Below, piece after piece: positions 52,132 through 63,144 of a stretch of DNA of 64,000 nt (the first letter of the stretch is position 1; each line of letters starts with the position of its first letter). Where the stretch lies: the NCBI GenBank assembly GCA_963798075.1, contig CAWCRU010000006.1, positions 219,167-283,166 of the forward strand. Direction: 5' to 3'. This stretch comes from an uncultured Alphaproteobacteria bacterium (GTDB taxonomy: Bacteria; Pseudomonadota; Alphaproteobacteria; Geminicoccales; Geminicoccaceae). Under the pieces are notes generated by a model. That model was not told where the DNA came from, ran no database searches, and saw only the letters and a program-made list of their open reading frames with translations. The position numbers were made by a program, and so were the translations under genes.

Positions 52132-55100
52132 ATGGCAAGCTCGGCGGTCATGATCCGGCCCTGGGCCGTGCTGGCCTTTTCGCTGGCCTATGTCGGCTTC
52201 CTGTTCGCGATCGCGTACTGGGGCGATCAGCGCGCGCGCCGGCGCGGCCGCTCGCAGGGCAAGCCCATCGTCTACGCCCTCTCGCTCGCGGTCTACTGCA
52301 CGTCCTGGACCTTCTACGGCAGCGTGGGCCTCGCCTCGAAGGCGGGCTACAGCTTCCTTCCGATCTACCTCGGCCCGATGCTGGTGTTCGCGCTCGGCTG
52401 GCCGCTGCTGCGCCGGATCGTCCGCATCTCGAAGGCCCAGAACATCACCTCGATCGCCGATTTCGTCGCCGCGCGCTACGGCAAGAGCCAGATCGTGGCC
52501 GCCACCATCACCGTCATCGCCGTGCTCGGCACGCTTCCCTACATAGCCCTCCAGCTGAAGGCGGTCTCGACGAGCTTCCGGGTGCTGCTCCAATACCCGG
52601 CCATCGTCATGCCCTCGCCGACCGCGAGCCTGCCGCCGTGGAGCGACACCGCGCTGATCGCATCCCTGATCCTTGCCCTGTTCGCGATCCTGTTCGGCAC
52701 CCGCCAGATCGACGCGACCGAGCACCACGAGGGCATGATCCTCGCGATCGCATTCGAATCGGTGGTCAAGCTGATCGCGTTCCTGGCGGTCGGCGTCTTC
52801 GTCACCTGGGGCGCCTTCGGAGGGATTAGCGAGCTCGCCGCCAAGGTCGCCACGGACCCGGAGCTGCACCGCCTGTTCGCGGGCGGGGTCGACGGCACCA
52901 GCTGGGTCACCATGACCCTCCTGGCGCTGTTCGTGATCCTCTGCTTGCCGCGTCAGTTCCACGTGGCGGTCGTCGAGAACGCCGACGAGGCGGACATCCG
53001 CAAAGCGGCCTGGCTGTTCCCGGCCTACCTCGTGACGATCAACCTGTTCGTCGTGCCGATCGCGATCGCGGGTCTGGTCCGGTTCCAGGGTGGTGCTGTC
53101 GACGGCGACATGTTCGTGCTCGCCCTGCCCATGGCCGGCGGCCAGGAGCTATTGACCCTGCTCGCCTTCATCGGCGGCCTGTCGGCCGCCACCGGCATGG
53201 TGATCGTCGCCTCGGTCGCGGTCAGCAACATGGTCAGCAACGACCTCATCATGCCGATCTTTTTGCGCGGCCGCCGGCTCGGCCTTGCGGACCTCACCGA
53301 CATGGCGAGCCTCATCCTGCGGATCCGCAGGCTCGCGATCGTGGCCTTCATGCTGCTCGCCTACCTCTACTATCGCATGGTCGGCGACGCCTTCGCGCTG
53401 GCCTCGATCGGGCTCCTGAGCTTCGCTGCGGTCGCCCAGTTCGCGCCGGCGTTCCTGGGCGGCCTGATCTGGCGCGACGCCACCCGGACGGGCGCGCTCG
53501 CAGGCGTCACCCTTGGCTTCCTGGTCTGGGCCTACACGCTCCTTCTGCCGTCGTTCGTGCAGTCCGGCTGGCTGCCGATGACGCTGCTGGAGTCCGGCCC
53601 GTCCGGCATCGGCTGGCTCCGGCCGCAGCATCTGTTCGGGCTCCACTTCGACCCGCTGACCCACGGCGTGTTCTGGAGCTTGCTCGCCAACCTGCTGGCC
53701 TACGTCGCGGTCTCGCTGATGAGCGTGCCGAAGCCGATCGAGCGCCTGCAGGCCTCCGCCTTCATCGACCCCGACCGGCGCGAGAGCCACGCCGCCTCGG
53801 GTCTGTGGGGCGGCTCGGTCGAGGTCGGCGAGCTGCAGGCGGTGGCCGCGCGCTACCTCGGCGCCGAGCGGGCGCGGCGCTCGTTCGAGGCGTTCGCGGC
53901 CGAGCGGGCCGGGACGCTGGCGTCGGCGGCCGATGCCGACCTGCACCTCGTGCGCCACACCGAGCGCCTGCTGGCGAGTGCCATCGGCGCCGCCTCGGCG
54001 CGCCTGGTGCTGGCGCTGGCGCTCGAGCGGCGCAGCGCCCTTGCCGGCAGCGCGCTCCGGCTGCTCGACGACGCCACCGCCGCGATCCAGTACAACCGCG
54101 ACCTGCTCGAGGCGACCGTCGAGAACGTCGCCCAGGGCATCAGCGTGTTCGACAAGGACCTGCGCCTGGTCTGCTGGAACCGGCGCTTTCTCGACCTGCT
54201 CGACCTGCCGGCCGACTTCGGCCAGGCCGGCGTGCCGCTGCAGACGATCCTGCGCTTCAGCGCCCAGCGCGGCGAGAACGGGCCCGGCAAGGTCGAAGAC
54301 CTGGTAGCGCTTCGAGCTCGACCGCTTCATCCGCAGTCTGGATGGCGCGATCGAGCGGCGGCGGAGCGCAGGCGCGGTCCTCGAGATCCGCACCAGCGCC
54401 ATGCCCGGCGGCGGCTACGTCACGACCTGGTCCGACATCACCGAGCGGGTTCGCAGCGCAGCGGCGCTGGCCGCGGCCAACGAGACGCTCGAGCAGCGCG
54501 TGCGCGCGCGCACGGCCGAGCTCGCGGGTGCCAAGGCGGCGGCGGAGGAGGCCAATCTCGACAAGACGCGCTTTTTGGCCGCCGCCAGCCACGACCTGCT
54601 GCAGCCGCTGAATGCCGCCCGGCTCTACGTTTCGAGCCTGCTCGAACGACGCACCCGCGAGGGCGGCCCGTCTGCCGTCGACGGCGAGCTGGTCGGCAAG
54701 ATCGATACGTCGCTCGCCTCGGTCGAGGAGCTGCTCGGCGCCCTCCTCGACATCTCCAAGCTCGACGCGGGCGCGCTCATCCCCGAGCGGCGCAGCTTCC
54801 GGCTCGACGAGCTGTTCGCAGCGCTTGGGGTCGAGTTCGCGCCGGCAGCCGAGCGGCGCGGACTGCGCCTGCGCATCGTGCCCTGCACGCTCTCGGTCGA
54901 GAGCGACTGGCGGCTCCTGCACCGGGTCCTGCAGAACCTGCTTGCCAACGCCATCCGCTACACGCGGCAGGGCACAGTGCTGATGGGCGCGCGCCGGGCA
55001 GGCGCCCACGTCCGCATTCAGGTGCTGGACACCGGGACCGGGATCCCGAAGGAGCAGCAGGCGCTCGCGTTCAAGGAGTTCCAGCGGTTCGCGGCCGGCC

Positions 55101-55675
55101 CGGACGCCGACCACGGTCTGGGCCTCGGCCTTTCGATCGTCGAGCGGATCAGCCGGATCCTCGACCACCCGGTCCACCTGCGCTCCGAGCCGGGCCGCGG
55201 CACGGGCTTCACCGTGCAGCTGCCGCGCAGCCTCGCACCGGTGAGCCCGGTCGTGGCGCCGGTGGCGGTGCCGCCGATGCTGGCACCCGAGCGCGCCGCC
55301 GTGCTCTGCATCGACAACCAGAAGAGCATCCTGGACGGCATGCGGGCGTTGCTCGTCAACTGGTCCTGCAGCGTGCGCACGGCGGCCGGACTGGCCGACA
55401 TGCAGGTCCTGCTCGAGCGCGACCCGCGCGCGCCCGACCTCGTGATCGCCGACTATCACCTGGATGGCGGCGCCGACGGCATCGCCTGCATCGAGGCGGT
55501 CCGCCGCCGCTTCGGCGCCGACCTGCCGGGGATCCTGATCACCGCCGACAGGTCGGAGGAGCTGAAGGCGCTCGCCCACGCGCGCGGCCTGCCGGTGCTG
55601 AACAAGCCGATCAAGCCCGCGGCGCTGCGCGCGCTCATGCAGCGGGCGCTCGCGACGCGGCAGGCTGCGGAGTAG
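52132..55675 (+). pseudogene. sodium:solute-symporter-domain hybrid sensor kinase (CrbS/CbrA-like: SSS + PAS + HisKA + HATPase + REC), one frame shift
   Basis: SSS-type TM domain (YCTSWTFYGSVG...), PAS (ISVFDKDLRLVCWNRRF), then an in-frame break at about 54298-54306 (TAG in the continuing frame). The H-box FLAAASHDLLQPLN, the HATPase domain and the C-terminal REC follow in the second frame. Confidence 0.8.
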
Positions 55676-55681
55676 CCGAGC

Positions 55682-56377
55682 TCAGACGGGCGGCTTCGCC
55701 CCGGCGGCGGCGCGCAGGATCTGCGCCTGCGGGGCATTGGCGTCCGCGGCCAGACGCGCCGCCAGGATCACGGCCTGGGTACGGCTGTCCACCTGCAGCT
55801 TCTGCAGGATCGCCGAGACATGCGCCTTGACGGTGCCCTCGGAAACCTCGAGCGCGTGCGCGATCTGCTTGTTGGGCCAGCCCTCGTTCAGCATCATCAG
55901 CACGCGCACCTGCTGCGGCGTCAGCCTGGCGAGGAGGGCCGCCAGCGCCGCGTCCGGGCCAGCCGCCTCGCCGCCGAGCTCGATGCCGGGCGGCAGCCAC
56001 GTCTCGCCCGCCAGCAGGGCCTGCAGCGCCGCCCGGATCTCGCCCTGGGCGGCCGCCTTGGTGATGTAGCCGGCGGCGCCGAACTCGATCGCGCGCCGCA
56101 CCACGGCTGCCTCCTCGTTGGCCGAGATCACCGCCACCGGCGTGCTCGGGAACTGCGCGCGCAGCAGCACGAGCCCGGAGAACCCCCGCATCCCCGGCAT
56201 GTTGAGATCGAGCAGGACCAGATCGGTCTCCGGGCCGGCCGCCAACGCTGCCTCGACGTCCTCGAGCGCGCCCGCCTCGACCACCTGGGCCTGCGGCAAC
56301 GCTTCGCCGATGGCCACGCGCAAAGCGTCGCGGAACAGCGGATGATCATCCGCGACCACGATGCGCTGGCGCTCCAT
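55682..56377 (-). CDS. NarL/FixJ (LuxR-type) response regulator
   Basis: Start at MERQRIVVADDHP (CAT 56375-56377). REC plus the C-terminal HTH (LTPQQVRVLMMLNEGWPNKQIAHALEVSEGTVKAHV). Confidence 0.9.
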   Translation of the reverse strand: MERQRIVVADDHPLFRDALRVAIGEALPQAQVVEAGALEDVEAALAAGPETDLVLLDLNMPGMRGFSGLVLLRAQFPSTPVAVISANEEAAVVRRAIEFGAAGYITKAAAQGEIRAALQALLAGETWLPPGIELGGEAAGPDAALAALLARLTPQQVRVLMMLNEGWPNKQIAHALEVSEGTVKAHVSAILQKLQVDSRTQAVILAARLAADANAPQAQILRAAAGAKPPV

Positions 56378-56545
56378 CTTTGTTCGCCGGCCCCTGCGGG
56401 CTCCGCCTCGCTGCCCTCGAGACGCATTATGCGGAGCCACCGATCGTGCCCGCAAGCGCCGTCACTAAACCAAAGTCACATTCCGGCGCCGGGCCGGGGC
56501 TGCTAGCATACCGAACTCGCCTGAAAATTCAGCAAGCACCGGGAG

Positions 56546-57960
56546 ATGCGAGGATGTCGAAGGATCATTCCAACCGCAACCGACGATAAAGGCTGGATCA
56601 GCCGCCGCCGATTTGTCCAGACCGCGGCAGGTGCGGGCGCCGGGATCGGCGCGTTGGGCCTGGGCGGGCGGGCACCCTGGCACTTCGTGCGCGGGGCCTA
56701 CGCCGCGGACCAGCAGCCGATCGGCAACTTCCCGATCAAGGGCTCGGAGGTCGTGTTCGGCTTCAACGTGCCGCAGACCGGCTCCTATGCCGACGAGGGC
56801 GCGGACGAACTGCGCGCGTTCAAGCTCGCCGTCAAGCACCTGAACGAGGGCGGCGGCATGCTCGAGACGCTCAAGCCCTCAGCGACTCAAGGGCAACGGG
56901 CTGCTTGGCATGAAGGTCAAGTACGTGACCGGCGACACCGAGACCAAGCCGGATCCCGCTCGTGCCAGCGCCCGGCGGATGATCGAGCGCGACGGCGTCA
57001 TCATGTTCAGCGGCGGCTCCAGCAGCGCCATCGCGGTCGCCGAGCAGTACCTCGCCCAGGAGAAGGGCGTGATCTTCATGTGCGCGCTCACCCACTCCAA
57101 CGACACCACCGGCAAGGACCGCAGGCGCTACGGATTCCGCCACTTCTTCAACGCCTATATGTCGGGCCAGGCGCTGGCGCCGATCCTGGCCAAGCAATAC
57201 GGCAAGGACCGCCGGACCTTCCACCTCACCGCCGACTACACCTGGGGCCACACCCAATACGAGTCGATGAAGGAGTTCACCGAGAAGGAAGGCTGGACGA
57301 CCGTCAACAACATCATGACGCCGCTCGGCACGACCGACTACAGCCAGTTCCTGACCGCGGTGCTGAACAGCGATGCCGACGTGCTGGTGCTTGAACCACT
57401 ACGGCCAGGACATGGTCAACTCGCTGACCCAGGCGGTGCGCTTCGGCATGCGCGACAAGGAAGTTGGCGGCAAGCAGATGCAGGTCGTGGTGCCGCTCTA
57501 CAGCCGGCTCATGGCCCAGGGTGCCGGTGCCGAGAACATCGAGGGCATCCTCGGCACCACCAACTGGCACCCGGCGCTGGACGACGACGGCTCGAAGGTG
57601 TTCGTCAAGGCGTTCCAGGATGCGTATCAGGCGCCGCCCTCGCAGGCGGCGGAGACCGCCTACGTCCAGACCCTGCTCTACGGCAATGCGGTCGAGCGCG
57701 CCGGCACCTTCTACCCGCCTGAGGTCATCAAGTCGCTCGAGGACTTCGAGATCGAGGGCATCGGTCCGGGCAAGACCGTCTACCGCGCCTGCGACCACCA
57801 GGCGTTCCACGAGATCCTGGTCGTGCGCGGCAAGGGCCCGAGCCAGATGAAGGACAAGTACGACCTGCTCGAGATCGTCGAGCGGGTGCCGCGGGAGAAT
57901 ATCGGCTACCCGTGCGACCAGTTCCCGGGCGAGCTCGGACCCTATATCCCCGAGGCGTGA
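56546..57960 (+). pseudogene. Liv-type (branched-chain amino acid/amide family) ABC substrate-binding protein, frame broken at least twice
   Basis: Tat-like signal SRRRFVQTAAGAGAG. The protein continues across three frames, with breaks at about 56876-56884 (LETLKP / RLKGNGLLGMKVKYVTGD) and about 57391-57396 (ADVLVL / HYGQDMVNSL). A further shift near the start (MSKDHSNRNRR at 56554) is possible. Confidence 0.8.
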
Positions 57961-58032
57961 GCAGACCCTGACGGCGCGTGAGCATCGCCCGCCACGGATC
58001 CAGGCCGTGGCGGGCGTCCGCCGGAGAGACGG

Positions 58033-58905
58033 ATGACCATCGGCAGTCTGGCGCTGCAGGTCCTGACCGGTCTGCAGATCGGCGCGATCTACGTCCTGAT
58101 CGCGCTCGGCCTGACCCTGATCTTCGGCACCCTCGGGGTCGCCAACTTCGCCCACGGCGCGCTCTTCATGATCGGCGCCTACCTCGGCTGGCTGATCTCC
58201 GAGGCGACCGGCTACTGGGTCGCCTTCCTGGTCGTGCCGCTCGCGCTGTTCATGCTCGGCGTCGTGCTCGAGCGCGGCCTGATCCAGTTCTTCTACCGGC
58301 GGCCGGCGACCGACCAGATCCTGGTCACCTTCGGCCTCGCACTCGTGATCCAGGAATCGATGCGCTGGGCCTTCGGCGGCACCACCAAGCCGTTCCCGCC
58401 GCCGTCCTGGGCGCTCATCCCGATGAACATCGGCATCGGCTACTATCCGCCCTGGCGGCTGATCATCGTCGGCCTCACGCTCGCGATCGTCGTGGCACTC
58501 TGGCTGTTCCTGCGCTTCACCCGCTTCGGCCTCGTGATCCGCGCCGGCATGCGCGACCCGGAGATGCTGCGCTTCCTCGGCATCAACGTCACCAACCGCT
58601 TCACCTTCGTGTTCGGCTTCGGGGCGCTGCTCGCGGGCTTTGCCGGCGTGATCGGCGGGCCCACCACGGCCGTCAACCCGGAGGTCGGCATGGCCATGCT
58701 GGTGCCCTCGTTCCTGGTCGTGGTGATCGGCGGCATGGGCAGCCTGCCGGGCGCGATCCTGGCTGGCCTGCTGATGGGGCAAGCCGTGAGCCTCGCCGTC
58801 CTGGTCTACCCGCCGATCGGCCAGGTGATCGTCTATATCGTCGCCGCGGTGATCCTGCTCTGGCGCCCGCGCGGTCTGCTCGGCGTCCGCGGAGTGATGG
58901 AATGA
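58033..58905 (+). CDS. branched-chain amino-acid-type ABC permease (LivH family)
   Basis: GLQIGAIYVLIALGLTLIFG and ANFAHGALFMIGAY motifs. Confidence 0.9.
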   Translation: MTIGSLALQVLTGLQIGAIYVLIALGLTLIFGTLGVANFAHGALFMIGAYLGWLISEATGYWVAFLVVPLALFMLGVVLERGLIQFFYRRPATDQILVTFGLALVIQESMRWAFGGTTKPFPPPSWALIPMNIGIGYYPPWRLIIVGLTLAIVVALWLFLRFTRFGLVIRAGMRDPEMLRFLGINVTNRFTFVFGFGALLAGFAGVIGGPTTAVNPEVGMAMLVPSFLVVVIGGMGSLPGAILAGLLMGQAVSLAVLVYPPIGQVIVYIVAAVILLWRPRGLLGVRGVME

Positions 58906-59945
58906 GGCGGCTGCTCGCCACCGACGGGCCCTGGCGCGAGGGAGCGCTGATGGTGGTGGTCGCGGCCGTGCTGCTGGCGCTGCCCTGGATCCTGGATGCG
59001 ATCGGCGGCTACCGTGAGCTCGCGTCCCGGATCATCATCTGGGGCATCTTCGCGCTCGGCTTCGATCTCCTGGTCGGCTTCACGGGCTATCTGTCGTTCG
59101 GCCATGCCGCCTTCTGGGGCCTCGGCGCCTACTGCGCGGGCTACACGCTCCTGCACTTCACCGACAGCGCCCTGGTCGCGATGGGCGTCGGCACGCTCGC
59201 GGCCTCGCTGGTCGCGGTCGTGCTCGGTTACCTGACGCTGCGCCGCCACGGCATCTACTTCGCCGTGCTGACGCTCGCGTTCGCCCAGATGTTCTACTAC
59301 GCGGCGCTGGCTCCTCTGCAGGACTGGACCGGCGGCGACAACGGCCTGACCGCGATCCCGACGCCCGTGCTCGCGGGCGTGCCGCTCAAGGGGGCCGCGA
59401 TCCATTACCTGGTCAGCGTCTGCGCGCTGATCGCCCTCTACGTCGCAAGGCGGATCGCCCGCTCGCCCTTCGGGCTCATGCTGCGCGCGATCAAGTCGAA
59501 CGAGACCCGCCTGCGTTCGACCGGCATCGACGTCTACCGCTACAAGGTCACGGCGTTCGCGATCAGCGGCGTCTACGCCGGCCTCGCGGGCACCCTCTAC
59601 GTCCTCTACGAGACCTACGTGCCGACCGAGAGCCTGCACTGGGTGACCTCGGGCGAGGTGGTCATGATGTCGGTGATCGGCGGCCTCGGCACCCTCTTCG
59701 GGCCGATGATCGGGGCGGGCGTCGTGCTCTACCTCGAGAACGTGCTGTCGGCCTCGACCGAGCAGTGGCTGCTGATCGAGGGCTTGATCTTCATGGGCTT
59801 CGTGATCTTCCTGCCGGGCGGCATCATGGAGGGCGCGCGCCGCATCCTGCACTGGCTGGGCGGCTCCCGCCGCGGGCCGGACGAGCTTCAGCCGGCGGAA
59901 GGCCGCGCGGCGGCGCGCACGCTCGCGCAAGAGCGCTCCCGCTAG
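58902..59945 (+). CDS. branched-chain amino-acid-type ABC permease (LivM family)
   Basis: ATG 58902 overlaps the livH-like stop. GYLSFGHAAFWGLGAY motif. The track ORF (57978) is over-extended. Confidence 0.9.
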   Translation: MRRLLATDGPWREGALMVVVAAVLLALPWILDAIGGYRELASRIIIWGIFALGFDLLVGFTGYLSFGHAAFWGLGAYCAGYTLLHFTDSALVAMGVGTLAASLVAVVLGYLTLRRHGIYFAVLTLAFAQMFYYAALAPLQDWTGGDNGLTAIPTPVLAGVPLKGAAIHYLVSVCALIALYVARRIARSPFGLMLRAIKSNETRLRSTGIDVYRYKVTAFAISGVYAGLAGTLYVLYETYVPTESLHWVTSGEVVMMSVIGGLGTLFGPMIGAGVVLYLENVLSASTEQWLLIEGLIFMGFVIFLPGGIMEGARRILHWLGGSRRGPDELQPAEGRAAARTLAQERSR

Positions 59946-59961
59946 GGCCGGGGACCGGACC

Positions 59962-60717
59962 ATGGCGCTCCTCGAAGTCGCCGGCGTCAGCAAGCGCTTC
60001 AGCGGGCTGCGCGCGCTCGATCAGGTCGACCTCGCGGTCGAGGAGGGCAGCATCCACAGCATCATCGGCCCCAACGGGGCCGGCAAGAGCACGCTTTTGA
60101 ACGTGCTGACCGGCAGCCTGCGGCCGGACGAGGGTGCGGTCGTGTTCGACGGCACCTCGTTGATCGGGCGGCCGCCGTTCGCGATCAACCAGCTGGGCAT
60201 CGCGCGGGTCTTCCAGACGCCCGAGATCTTCCCCGAGCTGAGCCTGCTCGACAACGTCATGATCGCAGCGCTGGCCGCACGCGACGGCAGTTTCCGTGCG
60301 AACCTGCTCGAGCATCCGCGCAAGCGGAGCGCGGTCCGCGACCAGGCCGCCGAGGCGCTCGCCAGCGTCGGCCTGGAGCGCCTGCGCGAGACCCAGGCGC
60401 GTCATCTCTCGCGCGGGGACAAGCGGCGGCTCGAGCTCGCGATCTGCCTCGCGCACCGGCCGCGGCTGCTGCTGCTCGACGAGCCGACCGCCGGCATGTC
60501 GCACAGCGAAACCCATTCGACCGCCGAGCTGTTGCGCAAGATCTCGGCGACCGGCGTCACCAAGGTCATCATCGAGCACGACATGGACGTCGTCTTCAGC
60601 CTGTCCTCGCGGATCACCGTCCTCCATCAGGGCCGCGTGATCGCCGACGGCCGGCCGGAGGAGATCCGCGCCAACGACGCGGTCCAGGAAGCCTATCTCG
60701 GCGGGGCGCAGGCATGA
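59962..60717 (+). CDS. ABC transporter ATP-binding protein (LivG family)
   Basis: GPNGAGKST, LSRGDKRRLE and LLLDEPTAGM motifs. Confidence 0.9.
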   Translation: MALLEVAGVSKRFSGLRALDQVDLAVEEGSIHSIIGPNGAGKSTLLNVLTGSLRPDEGAVVFDGTSLIGRPPFAINQLGIARVFQTPEIFPELSLLDNVMIAALAARDGSFRANLLEHPRKRSAVRDQAAEALASVGLERLRETQARHLSRGDKRRLELAICLAHRPRLLLLDEPTAGMSHSETHSTAELLRKISATGVTKVIIEHDMDVVFSLSSRITVLHQGRVIADGRPEEIRANDAVQEAYLGGAQA

Positions 60718-61436
60718 GTGCGGTGGCCGCGAGCGCGCTGCTCGACTGCCGCGACCTGCACGCCTACTACGGCGAGAGCTACGTCGTGCACGGCGTCTCC
60801 CTGACCGTCGAGCCGAACGAGATCCTGGCGCTGCTCGGCCGCAACGGCGCCGGCAAGACCTCGACCTTGCGCACCATCGCGCGCGCCCAGCAGCCGGAGC
60901 TCAAGCGCGGCGAGATCTACCTGCGGGGTCGGCCGCTGCATGGGGTCCCGACGCATCAGGCGGCGCGCATGGGCATATCGCTGGTGCCCGAGGACCGCCG
61001 CATCATCCCCGGCCTCACGGTCGAGGAGAACCTCGTGCTCGCCCAGATCGCCAAGGAGCCCGGCTGGACGCTCGAGCGCATCTACGGCCACTTCCCGCGG
61101 CTCGGCGAGCGCCGCCGGCAGGAGGGCGTGACGCTGTCCGGCGGCGAGCAGCAGATGCTGGCGATCGCGCGCGCGCTCGCCCGCCACCTCGACCTGTTGC
61201 TCCTGGACGAGCCCTACGAGGGCCTGGCGCCGCAGATCGTGCGCGAGATCGAGCAGATCCTGGTCGAGGTCAAGCAGACCGGCATCACCGTGATCCTGGT
61301 CGAGCAGAATGCGATCGCGGCGTTGCGCATCGCGGATCGCTGCGCGATCCTCGACGACGGTGCGATCGTGTTCACCGGCAAGCCGGACGAGGTGCTCGCG
61401 AACGAGGAGATCCGCCGCGAGTATCTGGCGCTCTGA
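60714..61436 (+). CDS. ABC transporter ATP-binding protein (LivF family)
   Basis: GRNGAGKTS, LSGGEQQML and LLLDEPYEGLAP motifs. It overlaps the preceding gene by 4 nt. Confidence 0.9.
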   Translation: MSAVAASALLDCRDLHAYYGESYVVHGVSLTVEPNEILALLGRNGAGKTSTLRTIARAQQPELKRGEIYLRGRPLHGVPTHQAARMGISLVPEDRRIIPGLTVEENLVLAQIAKEPGWTLERIYGHFPRLGERRRQEGVTLSGGEQQMLAIARALARHLDLLLLDEPYEGLAPQIVREIEQILVEVKQTGITVILVEQNAIAALRIADRCAILDDGAIVFTGKPDEVLANEEIRREYLAL

Positions 61437-61495
61437 GCCGGGATAGCCGGTTCGGGCACAAAGGACGGCAGGTGGCAAAGGGAGCGCCTGGGCGC

Positions 61496-62313
61496 ATGGC
61501 TGCACTTTCATACGATCAGAACCCCAACGTCATGATCGTGGGCGTGGGTCTCATGGGTCAATACCTCGCGAGCCACGTCGGCGAGTGGCTGGGCGCTGCC
61601 AGGCTCGTTCTCGTCGACGCCGCGGCCGCGATCAACGTCGCAGGCGAACGTCAGGGCCCTTGCCGACTTCGCGCGCTCGATCGCGGCCGCCAGTCCCGTC
61701 CCTCGAGGTCGTTGCGGAAACCGTCGATATCACGAGTGAAGACGCCGTCGCCGCCCTCTTCGCGCGCCACGGCAGGATCCGCTATCTCCAACACACCGCC
61801 GGCATCTCGCCCAGGCCGCTGACCCCGCCCGAGGAGCTCAGCAAGGAGGACGTCCTCGGCGCCTGCGAGGTCAATCTCTGGGGCGCGCACAATGTCCTCA
61901 AGCAAGGCATCCGCGCCGGCGCCTTCGCGCCCCGCGCCCACGCCGTCATCATCCTCTCGACATCGGCCACCGTCGGCTCGGAGGGCCGCGCGAGCGCCGC
62001 CTACGAGATGTCCAAAGGCGGTCTCCTCAACCTTTTGACCCTGCAGGCCCGCTACTTCCTCGAAGCGCACGGCCTGGTCCTGAACGGCCTCGCCCCCTCC
62101 CCGCTGCGCGGCCCCATGGCCGCCCAGAACGAGATCGGCGCGGGCCGCCTGCAGGCGGTCGAGGACAGCATGCCCATCGGCGGCCTGACCGATCCCTCCC
62201 ATATCGCCGCGGCCACCATGTACTTCTGGTCGAACCAATGCTGGTGCGTGGGCGAAGTCCTGACCATCGACGGCGGCTACACCAAACACAAGCCGATCTA
62301 TGGGCCGCTCTGA
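61496..62313 (+). pseudogene. SDR-like NAD(P)-dependent oxidoreductase, frame broken at least once
   Basis: The N-terminal Rossmann part (VMIVGVGLMGQ...LVLVD) is in one frame. The remainder (VDITSEDAVAALF...AAYEMSKGG...GEVLTIDGG) is in another. The break(s) lie between about 61635 and 61710. Confidence 0.7.
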
Positions 62314-62400
62314 GGTCGTCGGTCTTTGGGAGGCCGCTGAAGGGCTGCTCCGGATTGGTCGCAGGGCTGCGGATGCGCGCCGACAACCATCTCGGCTGAT

Positions 62401-62476
<76 letters not shown>

Positions 62477-62589
62477 CCAAGGGCTTAGCTAGGGGGCTTT
62501 GGGGCGCGCGTCAACCCGGTCGGCGGGCGGCGCCCCGCGCGCGCGGCACTTGCCCGGCGGCGGCGCGGCGCTACAGATGAGCGGCGCGG

Positions 62590-62665
62590 GCGGGTGTAGC
62601 TCAGTGGTAGAGCAGAAGCTTCCCAAGCTTCGTGTCGAGGGTTCGAATTCCCTTCACCCGCTCCA
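62590..62665 (+). tRNA. tRNA-Gly (anticodon CCC), CCA encoded; T-loop appears 8 nt
   Basis: Acceptor GCGGGTG/CACCCGC, anticodon stem GAAGC/GCTTC, loop TTCCCAA. The T-arm is GAGGG-TTCGAATT-CCCTT, one nucleotide longer than the canonical 7-nt loop. Confidence 0.85.
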
Positions 62666-62691
62666 GCCTCGCGTCCGCCGCCGGGTCTGGG

Positions 62692-63144
62692 TCACGCCTC
62701 GGGCGGGATCGGGTTCGGGACCCATTTCAGGATGTGCTGGGCGATCGCGACCAGGGTGCCGTCCTGGTTTTTGACCTCGATCCCGGCGCGCGCGCGGCGG
62801 CGGACGGGGTCGATCTCGGCGATCTTGTAGGTCACGGTGATCGTGTCGCCGATGAAGACGGGCGCCAGAAAACGGATGCGGTCGTAGCCGAGCGAGACCG
62901 GGGTCGCGTCCGCCGGCACGCCGCCCGCCTGCTCGATCATCAAGGTCGAGGCGGTCGACATGAAGCCGATCAGGAGGGCGCCGTGGGCGATCCGGCGGCC
63001 GTAGGCCGAGCCCTGCATGGCGGCCTCGTTGACGTGGTTGGCGGAAAAATCGCCGGTGATGCCCGCGAACAGGTAGACGTCGCTCTCGCCGACCGTCTTG
63101 GCAAAGCGCACCTGGTCGCCGATCGCGACGTGGAACCCGCTCAT
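62692..63144 (-). CDS. MaoC-like (R-specific enoyl-CoA hydratase / hot-dog fold) protein
   Basis: Start at MSGFHVAIGDQ (CAT 63142-63144). YLFAGITGDFSANHVNEA and RIAHGALL motifs. The ATGA overlaps the upstream gene stop. Confidence 0.85.
   Translation of the reverse strand: MSGFHVAIGDQVRFAKTVGESDVYLFAGITGDFSANHVNEAAMQGSAYGRRIAHGALLIGFMSTASTLMIEQAGGVPADATPVSLGYDRIRFLAPVFIGDTITVTYKIAEIDPVRRRARAGIEVKNQDGTLVAIAQHILKWVPNPIPPEA

Noticed and set aside
56554-56589. Short ORF MSKDHSNRNRR with good SD spacing upstream of the Liv-type SBP
   Set aside because: It could be the true SBP start followed by a third frame shift, or just a chance ORF. I cannot distinguish these without orthologues, so it is mentioned only in the SBP evidence.
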